Made by a program: the position numbers and the translations under genes. Positions 33,016-38,956 of a stretch of 38,956 nucleotides of DNA are shown here, piece by piece. The notes under the pieces were generated by a model. It saw only the letters and a list, made by a program, of their open reading frames with translations, did no database searches and was not told the origin of the DNA. The stretch covers positions 305 to 39,260 of the forward strand of contig JBAZHY010000001.1 in NCBI GenBank assembly GCA_041652175.1, given 5' to 3'. This stretch comes from Pedobacter sp. Its GTDB lineage: Bacteria > Bacteroidota > Bacteroidia > Sphingobacteriales > Sphingobacteriaceae. Position 1 is the stretch's first letter. The number at the start of each line of letters is the position of its first letter.

Positions 33016-34969
33016 ATTAAAAGTACGGATTGATGCGGAGATAGGTAATTTCTCAAGCAACCTTAAAAAGGGTGAGCAGGACTTATCTAAGTTTTCAGAC
33101 AAGGTAAATGCCGACTTAAAAAAGACTGCTCAAAATGCTGCTGCTGTTTCTGCTCAATTAGGTGGTTCAGTTGCTAAGGGAGCAAATCAGGCAGGATTTG
33201 CACTTCAAAACTTAGGCAGAGTTGCTCAAGATGCGCCTTTTGGTTTTATTGGTATTCAAAATAACCTGAATCCTTTATTAGAATCATTCCAATCGTTAAA
33301 GGCTCAAACAGGATCTACAAGCTTAGCATTTAAGGCTTTAGGTGCTTCGTTATTAGGGCCAGCAGGAATCGGAATTGCCTTATCGGTTGTAAGTTCTGCT
33401 ATTTTACTTTATCAGCAATATCAGCAAAGAGCGAATAAAGAAACAAAAGTTGCAGTAGATGCAAATAAGGAATTATCGGACAGTATTTTGAATATCTCTG
33501 ATGTTCGTGCAAAAGCAATAACAAACGCATCAAAGGAATTATCTACATTTCAAACGCTTTTCAAATCAACTCAAAACGCAAATATACCATTAGCTGAAAG
33601 GTTAAAGATTGCAAAGGAATTAATTGATAGATACCCAAAGTATTTAAAAGGGATTACAGCAGAGGGCGTTTTAGCTGGTCAGGCAGCAGATGCCTATGAA
33701 AAATTAACTAACGCAATTCTTGCAAAGGGGTTGGCTCAGGCTGGGGAAGAAAATAGGCAAAAATTAATTAATCAACAATTACAGACAAGCGTAGATAAAA
33801 GAAAAGAGGAAGCTAACTTATTAAAGTTAAATACATCTTTACAAAGAAAATCTGTTTCATCAACAGATTTATTAGGGCAAGAAGGAACCATTGCTTTATT
33901 GGGGGTGATTCAAAAAGAAGCTGAAAAAAGTAAGCAAAAAATTGCAGAATATACAAAAACGCTTGAAACTGGAGCAAATGAAATAAAAGTACTTGATGAG
34001 GTTACTCAGGATCTGATTAAAACTTTTGGCTCTGAAATATTATTTGACGATAAAAAGCCTAAAAAGTTAAATAAAGAAGTAAAAACTATTTCTGATATTT
34101 TAAAACAATTGGATGTTGATTTTAAGAAAGTATCTGCATCGGTTGATATTACTTTTGGCGATGGTAAAAAAGAAAAAATAAAAGCTATTGCAAAAGCTAT
34201 TGATGATTTAATTGCGATTGGTATAAAAGGTGATAATCCAATAGTTACAAGATTACAGAATCAAATACAAGCAATAGGTCCTTCTGAATTTAAGCCAGCT
34301 TTAGCAAATTTAGGGAGTCAAATAAGCCAGTCAATTGGTCAGTCAATTGGTCAGGGAGCAGTTGACAATGTAGATTTACAAGGCAAATTAATTAAGCCAT
34401 TTGACGCTTGGGGGGACTATGTGAATAATAACCTATTGCCAAAAATACAGGGTAATTTTGAACAGTTTTTTAATAAGATTTTAGAAACTGGCACGATTTC
34501 ATTTCAATCTTTAGGTAAGGCTATATTATCCACTTTAGCATCTGTTGCAGCATCGGAGGCAGCTGCCGGATTGGTTAATTTATTCAAAGTAAATACAGGG
34601 CAAGATTATACAGACTCAAAGAAAAAAGGGGGATTAGGTTTTGCTTTAGCTGGGTTATTCGCTAAAAAAGCCGTTGCTACCGGTGGAGCAACATCAGGAG
34701 CTGCTGCAACAGTAGCAACAGGTACAGCGGCAAGCGGAGGTTTATTATTACCTATACTTGGAGGTATTGCAGCAGTTGCAGGAATTGCATCATTATTCAA
34801 AAAGAAACAACCTGCACCACAACCTGCATATTCTACAAGTACTGCAAGTACAAGCTCTGCGAGTTCCGTAGATTTCGGAGGCGGTCGGGTAGTGTTTGAA
34901 ATATCAGGCGTTAACTTAGTAGGTGTCCTAAATCGTGCAGGTGCTAAACTTCAAAGATTCGGGCCATGA
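33002..34969 (+). CDS. Tape measure protein
   Basis: MADAELKVRIDA start, long Ala/Leu/Lys helical body, QDAPFGFIGIQNN, Gly/Ala-rich hydrophobic C-terminus. Confidence 0.9.
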   Translation: MADAELKVRIDAEIGNFSSNLKKGEQDLSKFSDKVNADLKKTAQNAAAVSAQLGGSVAKGANQAGFALQNLGRVAQDAPFGFIGIQNNLNPLLESFQSLKAQTGSTSLAFKALGASLLGPAGIGIALSVVSSAILLYQQYQQRANKETKVAVDANKELSDSILNISDVRAKAITNASKELSTFQTLFKSTQNANIPLAERLKIAKELIDRYPKYLKGITAEGVLAGQAADAYEKLTNAILAKGLAQAGEENRQKLINQQLQTSVDKRKEEANLLKLNTSLQRKSVSSTDLLGQEGTIALLGVIQKEAEKSKQKIAEYTKTLETGANEIKVLDEVTQDLIKTFGSEILFDDKKPKKLNKEVKTISDILKQLDVDFKKVSASVDITFGDGKKEKIKAIAKAIDDLIAIGIKGDNPIVTRLQNQIQAIGPSEFKPALANLGSQISQSIGQSIGQGAVDNVDLQGKLIKPFDAWGDYVNNNLLPKIQGNFEQFFNKILETGTISFQSLGKAILSTLASVAASEAAAGLVNLFKVNTGQDYTDSKKKGGLGFALAGLFAKKAVATGGATSGAAATVATGTAASGGLLLPILGGIAAVAGIASLFKKKQPAPQPAYSTSTASTSSASSVDFGGGRVVFEISGVNLVGVLNRAGAKLQRFGP

Positions 34970-36924
34970 GTTACAACCTTAGATATTATTTCACTTTTTA
35001 TGCGGATAGAGATAAGCGTAATCCGCTTGTTATCAATGAATATTTATGCAAGATTTCTGAACTTGATGGAGTCGATGCAGCAGAAGAAATAGAGGCTCAG
35101 GAGAGTCCTGTTATCATTGACTACAATAATAGTTCCGATTACAAAATGCAGCCACTACGAGGCTCGGAATGTACGTTAAATCTAATAGCTACCGAAAATT
35201 TTCAACTGCAAGACCTTTACACAGAGAATGAGCAAAAGTGGTTAGTTGAAATTTACCGTAATGCCTCATTAATTTGGTCAGGTTTCATTATCCCTGATGG
35301 ATGTCAGGAATCATTTGCTTTTACTCCGTACACAATTCAGGTGAATGCAGTTGATGGATTAGGATTGATTAAGAACTTATCATACGTACAAAATGACGGT
35401 AATTTCTGGTTAGGCAAGCAATCGTTTTTAGAGGTTATTTACAACTGTCTTAATCGATTATCTTATCCTTCAATAGTGATTAATACGTGCGTAAATATCT
35501 ACCCCGATAGTTACACACCTTCAGATACTTTAGATCCGTTAAATACTACGTTTGTAGATGCTCAAAGGTTCTTAAAAGATGATGAGATAAACCCTATGAA
35601 CTGCCAGGAGGTTATGGATTCAATTTTAAGGCAATGGACTGCCTGTATTATTCAATCAGAGGGGGAGTGGTTTATTTATAGACCAAATGAAGCTGCATTA
35701 TCAGATACTTTAGTTTTCAGGTCTTATACCGATAATGTTTATACAGGTACTGTATCTAAAAACATTAAACAATTATTAGGAGGATATTCACAGGGTATAA
35801 TTATCGCACCATATTTTCATATTTTGACCGATCAATTAAGTATGATAGAACGTGCTTATAAGAATGTTTCCATGTCTTATAAATACGGTGTCAAGCAGAA
35901 TCCTGATGAAGAATTGGATAATCCGACTTTTATAGGATTTTCAAGAGGTTGCGTTGGCGACCCTGCATTGCCTTGCGATGATGTAACTATACCGGGATGG
36001 ACTAAAACAGGAACTATGTATATAGGTACTGCATCTGGTGGTGGTTTGATATTCTTTTCGGATGGTGGCACTTATCCAACTTTGACAAATTACTATGAGA
36101 ACAATAACACAGTTTCAATAGATAATGGGAAACGTTTTAAGCTATTAGTAGATTACGAAAATCCAGATCCGCTATTCGGTACTGATATGAATTTTGTCAT
36201 TAAGCTAAATGATGGCTTAGATAATTACTATTTGCAGACAGGTGGTATTTGGTTAAAAAGTATAGTTGATTTACCCTATACTGAAAGAAGTCAAGTAGGT
36301 ACAGGTGGTACTTTTCAGATAGTATCTGACATAGTTCCAATAACAGGGTCATTTACAAAATCAATTACAGTCAGGGTTCTTGCTCCTTCAGGAACAGTAA
36401 ATGATATAATTTATACTAATATATCAGGATTTATTTTACTTGAATTAGGGGCAGTAGTTGGAGAGATTCATACGGCAACACAAACAGGAGATTTTAGTTT
36501 TGTACCTGAAACTATTGATGTTTTTTGTGGTGATAGTGAGGCTTCGATATATTTGGGCGCAATCTATGAAAGTGATGAAACAACATTAACAACCGATTGG
36601 AAACGTAGAGGCTTATCGGAATCTGCACTATCAGAGCCATTTGAAGCAACTAAGCCATTTTTAAGATTAGCAGTTGAGGAACTTCAAAGAATGTATGCAG
36701 GGCCATTTGTCAAGTTCGAGGGTTCTATATTTAATTATTTCAATCCATTATCTTTGTTTACGATTGATTTGGTAGATGGCAGATTTATGCCTGTATCTTT
36801 GAGGTATGATTTACAGGCGAATATCTGCAAGGCAGTTCATACAAGAATTTCAAATACTGAAATTGCTATGGATTACACGCTTGAACCTGATTATGGTGAA
36901 ACGACTAAAGTAACTGTAAAATGA
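34966..36924 (+). CDS. Tail tip/hub protein
   Basis: 652 aa, beta-rich, directly after the tape measure gene. Confidence 0.7.
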   Translation: MSYNLRYYFTFYADRDKRNPLVINEYLCKISELDGVDAAEEIEAQESPVIIDYNNSSDYKMQPLRGSECTLNLIATENFQLQDLYTENEQKWLVEIYRNASLIWSGFIIPDGCQESFAFTPYTIQVNAVDGLGLIKNLSYVQNDGNFWLGKQSFLEVIYNCLNRLSYPSIVINTCVNIYPDSYTPSDTLDPLNTTFVDAQRFLKDDEINPMNCQEVMDSILRQWTACIIQSEGEWFIYRPNEAALSDTLVFRSYTDNVYTGTVSKNIKQLLGGYSQGIIIAPYFHILTDQLSMIERAYKNVSMSYKYGVKQNPDEELDNPTFIGFSRGCVGDPALPCDDVTIPGWTKTGTMYIGTASGGGLIFFSDGGTYPTLTNYYENNNTVSIDNGKRFKLLVDYENPDPLFGTDMNFVIKLNDGLDNYYLQTGGIWLKSIVDLPYTERSQVGTGGTFQIVSDIVPITGSFTKSITVRVLAPSGTVNDIIYTNISGFILLELGAVVGEIHTATQTGDFSFVPETIDVFCGDSEASIYLGAIYESDETTLTTDWKRRGLSESALSEPFEATKPFLRLAVEELQRMYAGPFVKFEGSIFNYFNPLSLFTIDLVDGRFMPVSLRYDLQANICKAVHTRISNTEIAMDYTLEPDYGETTKVTVK

Positions 36925-37364
36925 TGAACGGCAACGATTGCATATTATATTGGAATGATGAACCTATTGCCTGCCTTACATCAAACGGATTAAGTGAGGC
37001 GGTTACTTTCATCAATACGGCAAAACGTACTCAGTCAGGGGCTTTAAAATCGATTCCTTTGGCTAACTCTTACCAAATTAACTTTGAGGCTGTAATGGTT
37101 TCAGATTTGGGTATGTCATGGGAGGATTTATCAATCTTGATGAGGGCACAAGTTATCGGAGGTTGGGAAATGACAGGGGTAAATGATGCAGGCACAGGAT
37201 TTTTGTCTAATCTTGAAATGGTGTCAAATTCGGGTGAAATTATTACATTTACAGGAACAATAGTTGGATTTGGTGAAATTATTCCTGCGGATGTAGATCA
37301 AAATGTTTGGTATCAGGACGTAGATGTTTACGTTGATAATGGTGTTTATGTATTTGTAAATTAA
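36921..37364 (+). CDS. Second tail-tube-like protein (paralogue of 31895-32326)
   Basis: NGNDCILY..PIACLTS..E.VTF..SW..L..LMRA..G.GFL.NLE...GE.ITFTG.I.G.GEI is colinear with the major tube. Confidence 0.8.
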   Translation: MMNGNDCILYWNDEPIACLTSNGLSEAVTFINTAKRTQSGALKSIPLANSYQINFEAVMVSDLGMSWEDLSILMRAQVIGGWEMTGVNDAGTGFLSNLEMVSNSGEIITFTGTIVGFGEIIPADVDQNVWYQDVDVYVDNGVYVFVN

Positions 37365-37370
37365 AATGAT

Positions 37371-37709
37371 ATGCCAGTAGTTGGAATATATACAAAAGAT
37401 TTTCCGGCATTCTCAGGAACGCTGGCAGATAGCACGATTATAGTTGTAGCTGAAACAGGGAATAACGTAACCTATCGCACGACTATCGGGGCTTTGCGTG
37501 GAGTTTTAAATGATACTATTTCATTCACATCAGATTCATCAGGGAATTACGACTTTACAGCCCATTCAGGTGGCGACCCATTGCCTGCTATTCCTGCTTT
37601 AAAAACACTTTACGCAGGTGACTATTCGCAACCAATGGGGGACTTTAATTTAACAACCAGAATCATGTCCGGCTTACAACCATCAACAAATTACGTTTTA
37701 ATTTATTAA
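37371..37709 (+). CDS. Hypothetical tail-associated protein
   Basis: Synteny. Confidence 0.65.
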   Translation: MPVVGIYTKDFPAFSGTLADSTIIVVAETGNNVTYRTTIGALRGVLNDTISFTSDSSGNYDFTAHSGGDPLPAIPALKTLYAGDYSQPMGDFNLTTRIMSGLQPSTNYVLIY

Positions 37710-37711
37710 CC

Positions 37712-38956
37712 ATGAAAAAATTATTATTCTTACTATTATTCCCTTTATGGGTACAGGCTCAAACGAATGTAACCGTTCGTAGAGATGCAACAACAGGAAT
37801 AGTCAGCACGTTTTTGAATCCGAATTACTTAGATACATTACCTCGTGCGCGATTAACGGGAATAACCAATGGTCAATCATTAATATGGAATAGCACTTTA
37901 AAAATGCTTACACCATATACTTTGCCTAGTGTTCCCATAGGCTTGCAAGACAGCTTAACCAAAAAAGCTAACCGAACCTTTGACAACGTAGCTTCGGGTG
38001 CGATTGCTAAGGCCAAAGTAGACACTTCAGCAACAGGATTACAAACTGTTTCAAACTTCTTCCCTAAAGGAGATACGAGATATTTAAGAGGTACAGGGAC
38101 AGGAGTAGCATCCGTAACTGGCACGGCAAATCAAATAACAGTTACAGGGACATCAACACCGGTTTTGAGTATACCCAGCACTTTTATTGCACCGGGGAGT
38201 ATTGCGGCAACAACGGGGGTTAGCGGAACAACTGGCACATTCGCGGGAGACGTAACAGCAACAGGGCTGTTCTCAAACACAACATACAATTCTTCCGGTA
38301 CTCTTGCGGCTAATTTTGCTAACTCTAACGCATCTGGGTATGGGGGAAAAATCAGAGGGGGTTCAGGATCTTTGTATTCATTTTTAGTTACCGATTATAA
38401 CGATGCGTCATTGCTTAATATTTCTCCGGGTGTAGGTGCAACATTTGGACTCAGGCTTAAAAGTCCGGATTTTGATTGGATAAGGCAAAGCAATTTCGGT
38501 TATGCTTCAGTTTATAAAACGCAGATAATAGGGGCAACAACAGGTAATCAAACCATAGCTTTTGGCGTTGATCCGATTTCAAATGTGGGTGCCACATTTT
38601 CTGGAAACGGCTCAGAGTATATGTTCAGAAACGCGGGGAAGTTTATTACCCCAAATTCAGGCAATACAGATTATACCACTTTACTGTCTTGGAATAGTTC
38701 GGGGGGTGTTCTATATCCTACATTGTCTGGGTCAGGGAATGTTATCACGGGGGCAGACAATACAGGTTTATTAGGTAAGATTACTATCGGGTCAGGACTT
38801 TCCTTAACATCTGGGGTATTAACAGCGACAGGCGGTAGTTCAGGAAGCGTTACAACAGCAGGCGGAACATCAGGCAAAATAGCGAAATTCACATCTGCTT
38901 CAAATATTGAAAACAGTATTATGACAGAAGCAGGTTCGGATATTGCAATTGCTGGT
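37712..38956 (+). CDS. Tail fibre/adhesin-like protein with N-terminal signal peptide (3'-truncated, at least 415 aa)
   Basis: Absent from the ORF track; read by hand and open to the window end: MKKLLFLLLFPLWVQA-QTNV..., G/S/T-rich, IGSGLSLTSGVLTATGG, IAKFTS.S.I.NS. Confidence 0.85.
   Translation, partial: MKKLLFLLLFPLWVQAQTNVTVRRDATTGIVSTFLNPNYLDTLPRARLTGITNGQSLIWNSTLKMLTPYTLPSVPIGLQDSLTKKANRTFDNVASGAIAKAKVDTSATGLQTVSNFFPKGDTRYLRGTGTGVASVTGTANQITVTGTSTPVLSIPSTFIAPGSIAATTGVSGTTGTFAGDVTATGLFSNTTYNSSGTLAANFANSNASGYGGKIRGGSGSLYSFLVTDYNDASLLNISPGVGATFGLRLKSPDFDWIRQSNFGYASVYKTQIIGATTGNQTIAFGVDPISNVGATFSGNGSEYMFRNAGKFITPNSGNTDYTTLLSWNSSGGVLYPTLSGSGNVITGADNTGLLGKITIGSGLSLTSGVLTATGGSSGSVTTAGGTSGKIAKFTSASNIENSIMTEAGSDIAIAG

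Larger units (their letters stand above)
1..38956. mobile_element. Siphovirus-type phage genome, near-complete and permuted within the tail-fibre region; probable Bacteroidota host
   Basis: Terminase, portal, HK97 protease/capsid, neck, tail tube, chaperone, tape measure, lysis and replication genes are all present; no sheath and no host housekeeping genes; TAnnTTTG promoter boxes. Confidence 0.95.

Noticed and set aside
34316-34354. Tandem CAGTCAATTGGT repeats in the tape measure gene
   Set aside because: Short in-frame QSIG repeat, ordinary for a tape measure protein
773-38892. Antisense and nested ORFs in the track (e.g. 773-973, 3248-3535, 7636-7872, 10123-10416, 15396-15665, 22374-22649, 29213-29488, 37873-38124, 38562-38774)
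   Set aside because: They overlap well-supported genes or promoters on another frame or strand and show no motifs; treated as shadow ORFs
1-38956. Direct circular join of the two ends into one fibre gene
   Set aside because: The 37712 ORF ends on a codon boundary, and continuing at base 1 enters a frame that stops at 118-120 rather than the fibre frame. No terminal overlap is visible, so sequence is missing and these may be one or two genes
1-38956. CRISPR array, IS element or rRNA
   Set aside because: No regularly spaced repeat-spacer units, transposase or rRNA-like sequence seen

Overview
The window is a near-complete, circularly permuted genome of a siphovirus-type tailed phage. A Bacteroidota host is inferred from repeated TAnnTTTG -7 promoter boxes, A-rich leaders without Shine-Dalgarno sites and a Q-rule signal peptide. 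Gene order: 3' end of a tail-fibre-like gene and lysis genes (1-2325); a leftward cluster of small early genes with reshuffled domains (2450-7711); divergent promoters; a rightward early/replication block with ERF recombinase, Dam-type MTase, DnaA-C domain, initiator with internal iterons, primase-helicase and DUF1064 (7855-17058); a small HTH moron; terminase, portal and head-morphogenesis genes; HK97-type head, neck and tail genes with a -1 frameshift chaperone; and the 5' part of a signal-peptide-bearing fibre gene. No integrase, CI-like repressor at the divergent promoters, or spanin was recognised. The most striking element is a separately regulated glycan cassette inside the head module (21977-27102). 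It encodes an RHH regulator, a GT8 + RgpF-like + O-methyltransferase fusion, an RmlD + NDP-hexose C-methyltransferase fusion and a further GT-A protein, i.e. a candidate pathway for making and attaching methylated branched deoxysugars. Other leads are two kissing-loop RNA leaders, a 28-bp site present twice in inverted orientation 9 kb apart, and a second tail-tube paralogue. All family calls are from motif recognition by eye; no searches were run.
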